DNA of 64,000 bases, taken from the NCBI RefSeq assembly GCF_018977255.1, contig NW_024704742.1, forward strand, positions 116,190,001 through 116,254,000, in the 5' to 3' direction. Origin of the DNA: Callorhinchus milii. Lineage: Eukaryota. Shown one piece after another: positions 52,063 through 64,000 of this stretch. The notes beneath the pieces were generated by a model. It was not told where the DNA came from. It was given only the letters and a program-made list of their open reading frames with translations, and searched no databases. Position 1 is the first letter of the stretch. The number at the start of each line of letters is the position of its first letter. The position numbers were made by a program, and so were the translations under genes.

Positions 52063-52612
52063 ACAAAACTCTGGAACACTCTTCCTCTATCCCTCTGCCT
52101 TGCCTCCTCCTTCCCTATCTTCAGGTCGCTCCTGCACTCAACATCTTGATTGAAGCAGTATTCCTCAGTACTTCACTGAAATATGAGCCTATTCTATAAG
52201 CTCCTGGTCTAACATAAAGGTTGAACCTATAATTTTCTGACCCAGCGGCAGAAATGCTACGAACTGAGCTCAACTGACACAGTATAATGTAGGATTATTT
52301 ATCATTGATAAAACTTTTCTTCAATTTGGAACAGGACAGATGGAAATCGCAATGTTGTTTTCTGGTTTCATGCAACCTCATGTTCTTAAGAGCATCTAAT
52401 TAAAGTCGACAAAAGATTTTGGGGGTGTCAAAATCACACCTTGATCCAAGTACTTGTGGAGACATTAAAATGTGTGAAGTGGAAGATTGTTTTTGTGTAG
52501 GGAAATGAATGTGTTGTGTGCTCAGTGTGTTGCTCTAATCTGCAAATGAATTGCTTCAGCCTTAATAGACCATTCTCTTTATTTTGCAATATTTGTGATT
52601 TTATTTGAGCAG

Positions 52613-52670
52613 AAACCTCAAGATAGATACCAGATGATATCGCGAAATAAACCAACACACTCTCTGCAGT
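52613..52670 (+). CDS. ARHGEF28: ARHGEF28 exon (KPQDRYQMISRNKPTHSLQ)
   Basis: Acceptor gagcag, donor gtgagt. Phase 0 to 1 is exactly what is needed to bridge the neighbours. Resembles recalled KFQEKYNKNKPQT. Confidence 0.82.
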
Positions 52671-52904
52671 GTGAGTATGAGAAGTTCAATATGAGAATGT
52701 GTGAAGTTAACACCTGTGTATTTACAATTGCTTAAATTGCTTTCTGTAGTTGCAGAAAGAAAAAAAGAAAAAAGCTGAAATTCCAATTTGGAGTTGTGAT
52801 CTTGTTGCCACTGCAGGCATAAACTACAGTGGCAACAAAACCATAAGCACAACTTAAGTGAAAAACAATCGCTGTTAGATATATTGGTCATTTCAGATGA
52901 GAAG

Positions 52905-53250
52905 AGGAATCTTAGTGGTTAGAGCACTCGCAAGCGAGAGGACCTGGGTTCGATTCCCAGCAGGGCGAAATGTTAGGCAAGTTTCCTTACTCCACACGCC
53001 TCGGTTTACCTGGCAGTAAGTAGGAACCCTGTTATTAATTGGTTGTTGGGTCACTTTTCTGGGGGTAATAATCCCTTCAAAATAAATAAATAAATAAGTT
53101 GGCCACTCAATCCACGACTATTTGTTGGACACTGCTGTATGTAATTGCTCACCAAAAATAGTCAATTCACTTTACAGTGTATTCTGTGAAGCACTTTGAG
53201 ACGTCTCAAAGACACGATAAGGCACTATGTGAAATGTAAGACTTATTATT
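52905..53250 (+). mobile_element. tRNA-SINE, longer internal variant
   Basis: agtggttagagcactc head and extra segment gcctcggtttacctggcagtaagtaggaacc. Confidence 0.85.
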
Positions 53251-53735
53251 ACGGAACACTGTATTCTAACACTGAAGGATTTGGGTGCAATTATTAATCA
53301 TTCACAGATAACATGAATCTATTGTCAACAAATTTAATTAAATATTGGTTGCATGTTGATTTGTGTATAAAATTTGACTTTAAAATGATGGGGATGTAAT
53401 CAGGATATTCGACTTATATCATGATGGTGAGAGAACGAAAGTACCATATAGCCTTAAAACTGAACTAAAGAAGCAGGGATTCATCCCACTTGGCTCCTGT
53501 TGAGTCTGCAAGCCAAAACCCCAATGGTGGTCCTAACTGTGTAAGCGGGGAAAACTTGCCAGATAGTGCATTCAGTGTTCTTATGGGGATTTTAGCTGAT
53601 TAAATGTCAGCGGTACCCCAGCTTACACTCTGGGGTCCCCAAGCTCAATGCAATTTATGGTTTTGGACTAAAAGGAAGTAGAAAAAAATTGAACTACCAG
53701 AATATAAACCTGCAAAATATCTGTTGTGTCGACAG

Positions 53736-53886
53736 CTGCCTCAATCAAAGAAGTTTCAACTTCACAGTCATCCTTCTCATCGCTCAACACCTCCTCATCC
53801 TCGCTGCCTGTTGGAATATCTGCACTGAAACGAGAAAGCTCACTGCAGCCTTTATCTAAGAGTGCTTCAAGTATTAGTATCGAGAG
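53736..53886 (+). CDS. ARHGEF28: ARHGEF28 Ser-rich exon (SASIKEVSTSQSSF...SLPVGISALKRESSLQPLSKSASSISIER)
   Basis: Acceptor gacag, donor gtacgt, phase 1 to 2, open frame. Confidence 0.87.
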
Positions 53887-53981
53887 GTACGTAGAAACTC
53901 GTTGAAACATTCCTCTAGATAATAGAAGCTGCATTTGTTAAAGTAGTTCAGTACGGCAAATGTTCATTTTGGTTATTTCAG

Positions 53982-54103
53982 AAGAATCATGGAGTCTATG
54001 GATGTAGAAATGGATCCCTATACTTCTAGGAACAGATCCCAGTCTGAGGAATTACTCCAAACAATGGGCACATCTCCATCAACAGAAGTATCTGCGCTGG
54101 AGG
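53982..54103 (+). CDS. ARHGEF28: ARHGEF28 exon (RIMESMDVEMDPYTSRNRSQSEELLQTMGTSPSTEVSALE)
   Basis: Follows a 95-nt intron. Acceptor tttcag, donor gtgagc, phase 2 to 1. Resembles recalled RSRSHSDELLQSMGSSPSTE. Confidence 0.92.
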
Positions 54104-54494
54104 GTGAGCATTTCTGATTGAACTGTGCTCTATATGTAGAGGCACAGTAAATGACTGCTAATGTAGTCTGTCTTTTGTATGTACAGTAGTAATTTCACAA
54201 GGGAGCAGCCTATCGATTCATCCGGTCTACCCAATCCAATTTCCCACGTGATTCCTTGAATATATCCATCTTGAAATCTAATAACCATGAAGTATTTTGG
54301 GTGACAAAAAAGGGACTAGTTGCATTCAGAAATTCATGGCCTGTTCCACATGGCAATCACACTTTTCCTGAAAACAAATGTCTGATTACATTTCTTATTC
54401 CTTTATTACAAAGGAAACTGTCTATGGAGGGATGGAGACCAGAATTGCTTAGTGAAGAGATGGGAATAGATGGATTTTGTGGTTTTACTTAATC

Positions 54495-54840
54495 ACTGTA
54501 GCATATTGGTTTGAGCACTCGCTACATAAGCGAGAGGACCTGAGTTCGGTTTGGGCAGGGCGAAACCTTAGGCAAGTTTACTTACTCCACATGCCTCTGT
54601 TTACCTAGCAGTATGTAGGAACCTGGCAGATTGCTTTCCAGGGGTAATATTCCTTCAAAAAAAAAAAAATTTGGTCACTCAATCCACGGTTGTTTGTGGG
54701 ACACTGCTTTGCACAATTGGCTGCTGCGTTTCACCCATAAAATATACAATCGACTTTACTACATGTTCTGTGAAGCCTTTGAGATGTCTCAATGATGTGA
54801 TAAGGCGCTATATCAAATGCAAGGATTATTATTTTTATTA
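54495..54840 (+). mobile_element. tRNA-SINE, longer internal variant
   Basis: Extra segment gcctctgtttacctagcagtatgtaggaacc; (TTA)n tail. Confidence 0.85.
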
Positions 54841-56575
54841 CGTTTGGGAATTGGAGCGATTCTATGCAGACTTTTCTCCAGGACAACGCTAAAGTGTTGT
54901 CCACAATGGGGAAAGTTGTGCATAATCAGTGGAGAGAGCAGACTTGATGGGCTGAAATTATTTTTATCTTGAGTCCGCAGTCTTGCTGTTACTCTAGGAA
55001 TTCAGAGATCAGCTTTCTTAAATCAATCCTTGCATTTGTTATAATGCCTTATCACATTGCCAAAGTCTCAAAGTTCTTCACAGGTTTGACTGTAAAATTT
55101 AGTAACTTTATTTGTAGGTGAATGCCAAGAAACCTCAATAAATCAATTTAATTCTCTTTTCAAACAGTGCCATAATATCTTTAATATCCACCTAAACAGG
55201 CAGATAGAAACTTGGTTTAACATCCCATCGAAAGATTGACACAACTAACAATGTATCACTGCCCCAACAAGGCACTGGATTGTCATCCTGGATTGTTGAG
55301 TTCAAAGTCCCTGACCATTTCCCCCCTGCTCGGGTCCTGACCCAACTGTCCAGCGCCTTGGGATGTCCTCCCGACGTGAAAGGCGCTCTACAAAATGAAA
55401 TCTTGTTGTTGTTGTGGAACTTGTGCCCACAATCTTCTCCCTAGGAGGTGAGAGTGCTATCAACTGAGCCAAGCTCGCATGTGACTTTGAACAACAACAA
55501 TTTGATTATAGATTATAGCGATTATTATAGAGCCTTACATGTCAGGTAAACGTCTCAAAGTGCTTTACATGCACATTGTGAATCACTGAACATAGTGGGA
55601 AGGGGGTAGGAAGAAGGTGACTGAAAGCATGGTTGAAGAGGTAAGCTTTTAAGGGTGTTTTGAAACCAGAGAGAGATCACAAGGCAGAGGGATTTGGGGA
55701 GTCGCTCCAGAGTCATCTACCTAGGAAAATGCGCTATAGGCAGCTCCTTTAGAATGCACCTCAGTTGAACATGGCTTCATTCAGACCATGGGTTGGCTAT
55801 GCTGTAAACCTGGCTTCTGGCACTGACTTTTTGCTTTTTCACATTACAAGTTGTCAGGTTGCATTTGTGCTGCATGCAGTCAGTGCCATAAACATCACTA
55901 CTTATACACTGCGTACGTACCTTATGCGCAGTAAGTGCTGCCTACATCACTTCGCCAAGGAAATGTCTTTAGCAGAATTCTTTACACATAGTGTACATGG
56001 ACAGCACATAGAAAGTGACGTTAGCAGCAACCCAATGATCTGCAAGTCAGTTGTTCAAGCTTTGTTTAACTGGCCTCTGAGATATTGGACTCGGACAAAT
56101 AGGTTATAATGTGATTGCTCTGTATTACATAAGGTACAGTAAACAATGCAAAACCCAAATGGGCTGGAAATTTCACTGACCCAATAAGTAGATTTCATAT
56201 GGATCTATTGAATCTGTTCCAGGAAAACTTGATGCCTCAGAGACCCTGCAGTCATGCCAGCATGTTTTTTTCATCAAGTCGTGTTCTATGCTTTTTTTTA
56301 ATCTGGAGGTTTCTCTATTTATTTATGAAATATTTGCAGTTTTTGTTTTAGCCAATAAGTAATTGATCTGTAATGTTAAATCCTCATGTAAGAGATGGCA
56401 AAATTATTTGTTTTCTCACTCTTCCTTAACTACCTTAAAAAGTCAGCTACAGGGGCATGGGGAAAGGCCATGGGGTTTGGTTGTTAATATTTTACCATGT
56501 TACTCTACTTATTATGTTGTTTGTGAAGGAAAACATTTTTTTTTAAAAGTTGATGGTTTTTACATTTTTTAATAG

Positions 56576-56716
56576 ATAACGTTGTCCCCTCAATGCGTGG
56601 AGATCTTGAGAGCGATGCACAGGAGTTTAAAGCTGAGTCCTGGAGCCTTACTGTCGATCCTACATTTTGTGATAAACAAGAGAAGGATTTAATAAAGAGG
56701 CAAGATGTGATCTATG
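56576..56716 (+). CDS. ARHGEF28: ARHGEF28 exon entering the DH domain (...DAQEFKAESWSLTVDPTFCDKQEKDLIKRQDVIY)
   Basis: Acceptor aatag, donor gtgagt, phase 1 to 1. AESWS...KRQDVI signature of the ARHGEF2/18/28/AKAP13 group. Confidence 0.96.
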
Positions 56717-57628
56717 GTGAGTTCTACAGTTTCATAATTATTAGCAAATTATTATAAGCAGAGTGATATTCAGGAAAGTCAAAGTTTATTTCTTTTGTTT
56801 TTTTTAAGTGGATGATTAATTCTGACTTTTTTTTGCCATTTATTTAATTTTAATTCAAGTCTTTCTGAGATATGGTGATCTGGTTCTAATGATGCTGGCA
56901 GCCTTTGTTACCTCATGTGAAGAGGGAAGGGACAGGCCTTGTGAAGCAGTTGGAGGGAGTGTAGCCAATACAAAGAGGTTATATTTTCACTAGATCGATT
57001 TGGATGAAGAAAGCCCTTCGGCCAATCTGATCTTATCCATCCAAAGTATGCATCCTATCACCCTCCCATCACAGCACCTACCAAGCTGCTTTTTAAATGA
57101 GTCCAGTGTTCTGGCTCAACCACCCTTCCCTGTAACCTGTTCCAGTTGTTAATTATCCTCAGAGTAAAGAAAAACTTCCTGGTCCTTGCAACTCTAAACC
57201 AAAACTCTAAACCTAACTGCTCTAGTGGGTAAAACCAGATGATGCATATTGCTGAGTGCTGAGTTAGCTGATTTCACCCAGTGTAGCAGTTGGGGCAGGG
57301 GAAAGTCAGCAAGGGTTTACACAATTTACACAATTGTGCTCTTTAGTCAATTAAGAGGCTTCTACTAAAAAGAAAGTGTGTGTCAGCCTCAGCTATGTTG
57401 CATTTACCTTCCCTTCCTAGGAGTTGACTAGCTTGCCAACACTCACAAACTGTTGAGGCTCACTACATCATAAATGCACACTTGAGTGAAGTACTGGAGG
57501 ACGATTGGTGCCTGTGGAGCTGTAGGAGGAAAATAGTCAGGAAGGGAGAAAAATTGGTGGAAAAAGCAACAGCATAGGAAGAATATCCAGCATTTGTCTC
57601 TAATTATCCTTCTTCACCTCACCTGCAG

Positions 57629-57879
57629 AGCTCATGCAAACTGAGATGCACCACATTCAGATCCTGGAGATAATGTCAGAAATCTTCAGGAAGGGAATGA
57701 AGGAAGATCTGCAGTTTGATCACAGCACCATCGACCGAATATTTCCTTGTTTAGACGAGCTCTTAGAAATTCACAAGAACTTCTTCTTCTGTTTGAAAGA
57801 GAGGCGGCGGGAGTCTTTTGTTGAAGACAGTGAAAGGAATTTCTTTATCAGCAGAATCGGCAACATTCTCATGCAACAG
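57629..57879 (+). CDS. ARHGEF28: ARHGEF28 DH-domain exon (ELMQTEMHHIQILEIMSEIFRKGMKEDLQF...RIGNILMQQ)
   Basis: Acceptor ctgcag, donor gtatgg, phase 1 to 0. Overlaps ORF 57634..57924. Confidence 0.97.
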
Positions 57880-59936
57880 GTATGGCAAGAGAAGGAAACA
57901 ATCGCAATTGCCTTCAAGTTATAGGAAATATTTAAATTGAAATATAATTAATAGCTTCTGTGCCTCAGAAAGCACGGAGACCCATCTGGAAGTCAAGAGG
58001 AAAATAAATGGAGTTGCTGCAATGTAACACTCCCTGCGGCTTAAAGAGCACTCATTAGAAAACAGCAGCATAAGTTGTGCTTGAGATCAGAAAATCAGTG
58101 AAGTGTGTCCATTGCTGAAAACCCAACGTAGGTTCAGTTGATCTGTGAGAACTGAGCTCTGAGGCATTCTCAGGGTGGAGTCAGCGTGATATACCTGCGA
58201 AGAAGGAGAAGCAGGGGAGAGGGAAGAGAGAGTGTACACTGCAGTCCGAGATGTGTTTTTTTCAGCATGATGTACCATTTATAATACTCTCATTGCTATT
58301 TCTCAACATTTTTTGCTTACTCCGCCTTCCCCCCACTGTATAATCTATAATTACGGTTCCCATCTCCTGACGATCATTCAACAAATGGTGATTGTGACTG
58401 AGTTGTTTGATACCTCGGTATGGAAATCAGTGAGCTAAATATCACTTGCCACATGTTGTGGAAAGTAGATTGAAGATGAATTGACTTGCAGTCGTCTTGT
58501 GCACCTACTCACAGCTGCTTGCTGAGTTAGTGCCCTGAAGCGGTCGCCTGCCTGATGTCTCAGACAAGGAACGGTTACATACCACAGAAGAACAGAATGA
58601 ATCATTTTTAAAATGGCTTGGGGTAATGAAACAGCAAAGTACCCTTTAATGTCTCAAAGCTTTTGATTACACATGTATGCATGATGTCAAAACATCTCAG
58701 ACAATGGGATCTTCTTAATACACTGCAGGTATATGATACTGTGGAACAGGACCACTGATCCCTCTTATCTGCATTATTTATTATTAGTGTCATTCATACA
58801 TGTCACTTGCTAACAGCTGAAGATTAATCCCAGCAAAAAATACATAACAGCCAAAATAATAGTTCGTGCCTTGTATAAAGAGACAGAAACCAAAGCTCCT
58901 CCAATGGCTGTTGATGAAGTTGCTTTCTGATCAGAAGCTGAACAGAGTCCTTTGTTTCATCCTGGGTTGTGCTGAATTAGTTGATCTCAGCTGGGATGAG
59001 TACTTGGGTGCTACATTTGGCATCAGTTCCTTGACAATGGATAAGTTAGTCAGTCAATAGATAAGAGACTGGCTCACATGTGAAGAATGGCTACTTGGGT
59101 GAGGAACTGGAATGGTTGGTGCCTTTGAACTTTGACCACAGCACTTTAGGGAGTATGGGTGGGGGGAGAGAATTATAATTTCAATCCAGATATATGAAAT
59201 ATAATAATAAAAAAAATTGGCAGAGCTACAAAGAGGTTATTGAAGCTTGAAGTTCTGATATTGAAAACAAGTTTTGTTCTCGGAGTTTATAAAGGCATCA
59301 GAACCCCTGTATTCTGTTTTCATTGCCGGCCTTGTATATTGTGCATATTGCAATTTGTAATCATTGCCAGCTATCCTTTGTTCTCAGTTTGATGCATCTT
59401 CCTGTGACTGATGTGCCTGGCATGCTAATGTGCTGCTCTGCTGAAGACCTTTCTTTTTGACCGCGCCTTTGGTCACCTTCCTCCCCCTCTCCCTGGCTCG
59501 GTCCCGGGATCCGAAACTGTAAAGCGCACTTGAGACGCCGTCCGGCGTGGAGGGCGCTATATAAATCCAAGTTGTTGTTGTTAAAGTGCTTGCACCTCTT
59601 TATGTGGTCAGTCTGGAAATGCTATTTTTCTTGTTTCTTGATAAAGGTGAGCTTCTGCTGTAAGATTTTGTTGTGACCTGTAAACATAGGTGGTTGAGCG
59701 ATCTTCATTGGTTACATTTAAATATCCCGAAAACGGAGGAAATTCTAATCTTTTATTTAACAGTTGCATTTTGTGGGACTGTTTAAAACCGAAAACAAGG
59801 TGGGACTGATTGTAAGGCAGTTTACTCAGGGCTTGTGCAACAGGCACAGCTGATTGAAATCCCTCTTCTGGGTACCCAAGCCTCTTGAACTCCCTCCCTC
59901 CATCTCTGCATCTCTTGATTCTCAGCAAATTCACCC

Positions 59937-60384
59937 ACAACAACAACAACAACAACAAGATTCCATTTATAGAGCACCTTTCACGTCGGGAGGACATCCC
60001 AAGGCGCTGTACAGTTGGGTCAGGACCCGAGCAGGGGGGAAATGGTCAGGGTGAGGGGAGGGAAGGGAGGGAGTGAGGAGGGGGTAGAGAGTCGAGAGGG
60101 GAGCTGAAGGCACAGTCAAAGAGAAAGGTCTTGAGACCGGCCTTGAAGGAGGAAAGGGAGGAAGCAAGGCGAAGGCACTGGGGGATAGAGTTCCAGAGCC
60201 TAGGGGCTGAGAGGCTGAAGGCCCGGCCACCGATGGTAGGGCGGTTGGGGCGGGGGATGTGGAGCAGACTGGAGCCAGAGGAACGGAGAGTACGGGCAGG
60301 TAGGTAGGGGGATAGTAGGTCAGAGAGGTAGGAGGGAGCAAGGCCGTGAATGGCCTTGTAGGTGAGGATGAGGATCTTGAATTT
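59937..60384 (-). mobile_element. L2 LINE 3' fragment, same subfamily as 19597-21623
   Basis: Encodes FKILILTYKAIHGLAPSYLSDLL...; tail caacaagattccatttata. Confidence 0.93.
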
Positions 60385-62713
60385 GATTGTGTTGTTTATG
60401 AGCTCAAACCATTCACAACGCCAACCCCATGACAATGGGAGAAATAGATGTGTTCACCTATTTGATATATTTCCAAATGAGCAAAGAATTGCCTCCGCCC
60501 TCCCCCTTCACCCCAACTGGGCTTCAGCTTTAAAGGACATTCAAGGACATGCCCAATATCCCCTGATAATATCATTACAAATTAGTGCAAAAATAATTAG
60601 GAATTATAATTGATCACAGAAAATAAAAACATAGAAATTTAGGGAAAGTTTTTTAGCCACCTCTTTAGGAAGGTCACAGCCTCACCTATTGACCGATTCC
60701 CTGCTCTCTTCTAAAATGCATCTCAAACAATTTTATACTAGCTGTTTCAATGATCTTCCTTAATAACCTATTATCCCTTGTTGTGGAAAAAAAGCTCTTT
60801 TAACTCCCAAATCTTATTTTCAACTTAATGTTTTTAAATTGTGTAATAATTCTTGCATTTGACATAGTGTCTGTAATGTCAGTCTCAAAACGCTTCACAG
60901 GAAATTTCTGTGAAATGGTAGTAACCGACTTAATAACAGGCAAACATGGTAGACAATTTGCACACAGCAATGTCCCACACGAAATGAATGCCCAATTAAT
61001 CTCGAGAATAAAATTCCCTTCTTTTGAATAGTGTCAAGGGATCTCAAATGTCTTTAACCTTGTCCAAAACAACAGAAAGAGATGGTTTATTATCTTATTA
61101 GAAGGATAGCCCAGATGACAGTAATATTGCGACATTGGAATTTTCCTAATGATGATTGCCAACATAGTCACCTGTTTGCTTGGGGGATACCCAGAGATTT
61201 CCCAAATGATAAATAAACCCAAACTCTCCTATACAATCTACAATTTAAAGACTAAAAGTAACACTAGTAGCTGATCTATTTCTCACAGGTTGGTTTGATA
61301 TCAAATGGTATACCAGCTATAAGTGAATCTGGACTCAACTGGGCAGGTTCTAACAGGCTCACCTTATACCTCCGTAACCAGTTGTAAGAAGGTGCAAAAG
61401 ACCATGGCTGCACAATTGCGCTGCACTGCAGGTTGAGACACCTCCAATCTCCTTTACATTTGGGGAAGCATTGCATTTCTGTTCAGCATCTCTTTCTGTT
61501 GTTTTGGACAAGGTTAAAAATGCAAGTGTAACTTGAGATGCAGATTGTTGGGTCATCAATGTATTATGCAAACCAGTCTGCTATGGAAACCAAGTGAAGT
61601 TAAGGGATGGTTATGTTTGTTTGCATAAACTGTTAGTATTTGTACTTTTAACCACCTGATCTCTAAATCTGTAATTTTTGTGCCAGAGAATGACCAAACC
61701 ACACTTGAGCGATTTAATTTATGTCAAACCCATTAAACTCCAAGCTTGGGCAGAACGACCAAAAGGTATCAAATCATTCCTTAAATATCAAACTTCAAAT
61801 TTCTGATCATCAGATTTAACTAAAGGAAGTTTTTCTCAGTGTCCTGGCCAGCAATTCCCCAAATAAAATTCATCATTCGTTTCATGGCTGTTTGTGGGAT
61901 ATTGCTGTGCGCAATTGTGCAACCGTGTTTACCTACAAATACACAGTCACTCCATTTCACAGTAAGTACTTTGAGATGTCCTTCTGACATGATAAGATGC
62001 TGTACCAAATACAAAAAATATTATTATTAATAAATTTAAACTCTTAAACCCACGAACAGCCCAATCAAACACAGCCAATTTGGCTTCACTTGCGACATTA
62101 TCTTTCTATGTTTCAGAGGTCGATTTAACCAGAAACTAACTGAAATTTAAACCTTCATTTATTGTCACAAAGTCTGTTCCCATGGTAAAGACGAGTTCTA
62201 TCTGACTGTCTTGCTCAGTTTGGGCAGCTGCGATTTTATCGCTACAGGATTGAGTACTTTCTCACAGAGAAGTCACAGTTCTGGTCTAATTCCAAGGTGA
62301 TTGTAATTATGGATTGGGAAAAAATTGGGACATGACATGCAAATGCAACTTCCAGGATGGTGGGAGGCGAACTGGATGGACCTTGGCCTTTCGTCTAATG
62401 ATTCTTGTTTCTTATGGAGACTGAATCGGTCGATGGTTTTCCACTGGATTTTTAATTAAGAGTCTGCAGATAATCACAGAGATGGCAAATTTTACAGTGC
62501 ATCTGATACAGAAGCATGAATGAAAGAGATACTGTTACAGCTACCAATATAAACAGTTTTGGTTTTACACCAGTGTACACCTGGTACACTTTCAGATTCA
62601 ACACAGTTTAAAAACTAGTAAACATTTTGAAAACAAAATGTTTCTCCACCTCCCCCAGCTTTCATCTGTGATATAAAATAGTTGAATTGACTATGAACAT
62701 GCACGATGCTTAG

Positions 62714-62839
62714 TTTTCAGATGAAAATGCCAATAAGATGAAGCAGACATACGGAGATTTCTGTAGCCACCACAATGAAGCAGTCAGTGTCTTCAAAGAA
62801 TTGCAACAGCAAAACAAGAAGTTCCAGCACTTTATCAGG
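62714..62839 (+). CDS. ARHGEF28: ARHGEF28 DH-domain exon ([42 protein letters not shown])
   Basis: Acceptor gcttag, donor gtaagt, phase 0 to 0. Confidence 0.93.
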
Positions 62840-62929
62840 GTAAGTTCTCTTTCTTCACTTTACTGCACTCAACTGAGATGAAGATTACAGCTTCTGTCAG
62901 TGTAGCTCATGGTTGTGTATTCTTTGTAG

Positions 62930-63047
62930 CAACAGAGCAACAATCTGCTAGTTCGACGTCTTGGCGTGCCAGAGTGTATACTGCTGGTCACTCAGAGGAT
63001 CACCAAGTACCCAGTCCTGCTGGAGCGTATCCTGCAGTACACAAAAG
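62930..63047 (+). CDS. ARHGEF28: ARHGEF28 DH-domain exon ([39 protein letters not shown])
   Basis: Follows a 90-nt intron. Acceptor ttgtag, donor gttagt. Conserved DH motif QRITKYPVL. Confidence 0.97.
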
Positions 63048-63805
63048 GTTAGTTCCCAACTCTGACACATCAAGACCAGCATTTAATAATGTGATTTAAT
63101 AAAAGAGAAAAATTCCACCCTATTTTACTCCTTGTGTCTTAAATGTCATTTGGGCTGAAGCATAACAGTGCTTCAATATTAATCAATTGTAACCAGTATT
63201 GCTCATGTTCCATGCAGGGGTCCAAAATCCAGGCTTTTAAAATCTTTCTCCTTCAATTTTCTCTCCTGACTTTCCCCTGAAGGGTCATGCTGCTCTACAG
63301 ACGTCAGTACAATGTGTGTGTCTGTGTGTCAGGGCAGTGGGGCAGGTGTTACTGTTCTCATTGAACATGCACATTTTTTGGAACATTAGGTTACTCAGAG
63401 AGACAGAAAGGCAGAGAGTAAGAAGGACTAACCCAGTGTGGTACTACAGTACATACAATCCTGATGGAACTTTATAAAGTAGTCACTTTATATTTTGCAC
63501 GATGTCCCAACAACAACAAAAAATTACATTTGTATAGCGCCTTTCACGTCAGGACAGCCATGTTGTTTGCATATCCACATTGGAACAGTTCCCAATTAGT
63601 ACAGATAATCTCGCTGTACACAACAAACAACAAAATTACATTTGTGAAGCGCCTTTCACATCAGGAGGGCGTCCCAAGGGGCTGAATGAAGATTGTATAA
63701 AGATGCAACTACAATTTGCTACTGTCTCTGGTCCCAGCCCTATCATGTAGCATTGTAGACCTCAACAATAATAACAAATTGCATTTATATAGCAGCCTTC
63801 ATTAG

Positions 63806-64000
63806 AATAATAATACTTACATTTGATATAGCGCTTTTCACATCTTCTAGACATCTCAAAGTGTTTCACAGAATATACTGTAAGGTGAATTAACTGTATA
63901 TTTGTGGGTGAAAAGCAGCAGCCAATTGCACACAGCAGTGTCCCACAAACAGTCGTAGATTGAAAATGGCCAATTTTTTTTTGCTTTTTGGAGGGATTAT
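63806..64000 (-). mobile_element. tRNA-SINE 3' part (runs off the window)
   Basis: taataata...atatagcgcttttcac...gccaattgcacacagc. Confidence 0.88.

Noticed and set aside
51880..52130. Twin-priming inversion within one L2
   Set aside because: The plus-strand piece is clearly more diverged and continues on the other side of the insertion, so it is an older host L2.
53668..53934. 88-aa antisense ORF
   Set aside because: Shadow of the Ser-rich ARHGEF28 exon; no independent support.
56576..63047. Assignment to ARHGEF18, AKAP13 or ARHGEF2
   Set aside because: EEEWDKYIIP, YANCMV, LDADSEGE and MSEIFRKGMKE match ARHGEF28 as recalled; a reciprocal BLAST would confirm.

Overview
Vertebrate genomic DNA, most likely from a cartilaginous fish (the repeat content resembles chimaera/elephant shark; this is an inference). 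The + strand carries 17 coding exons of ARHGEF28 (RGNEF/p190RhoGEF). All have GT-AG boundaries and consistent phases, and they join into 2332 nt (777 codons + 1 nt). The chain starts at an alternative first coding exon (MDSDSDSPFNYSWPSFPK..., 11815), passes through the C1 zinc finger and enters the DH (RhoGEF) domain; the gene continues past the window end. Introns are filled with a tRNA-derived SINE family, L2 LINE fragments, CR1 3' fragments, old Deu-type SINEs and a Penelope-like terminus. I found no convincing new biological system. The best leads are: a ~1.9 kb templated duplication inserted into a SINE; a frame-preserving cassette exon and a duplicated in-frame splice donor; an inverted SINE pair around an 813-nt stop-free exon block (circRNA candidate); a multi-stem, CpG-retaining element at 4.55-4.75 kb; a 48-bp-arm hairpin at 49.8 kb; and a degenerate hammerhead ribozyme core. 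Gene and repeat family names come from recalled sequences, not from searches.
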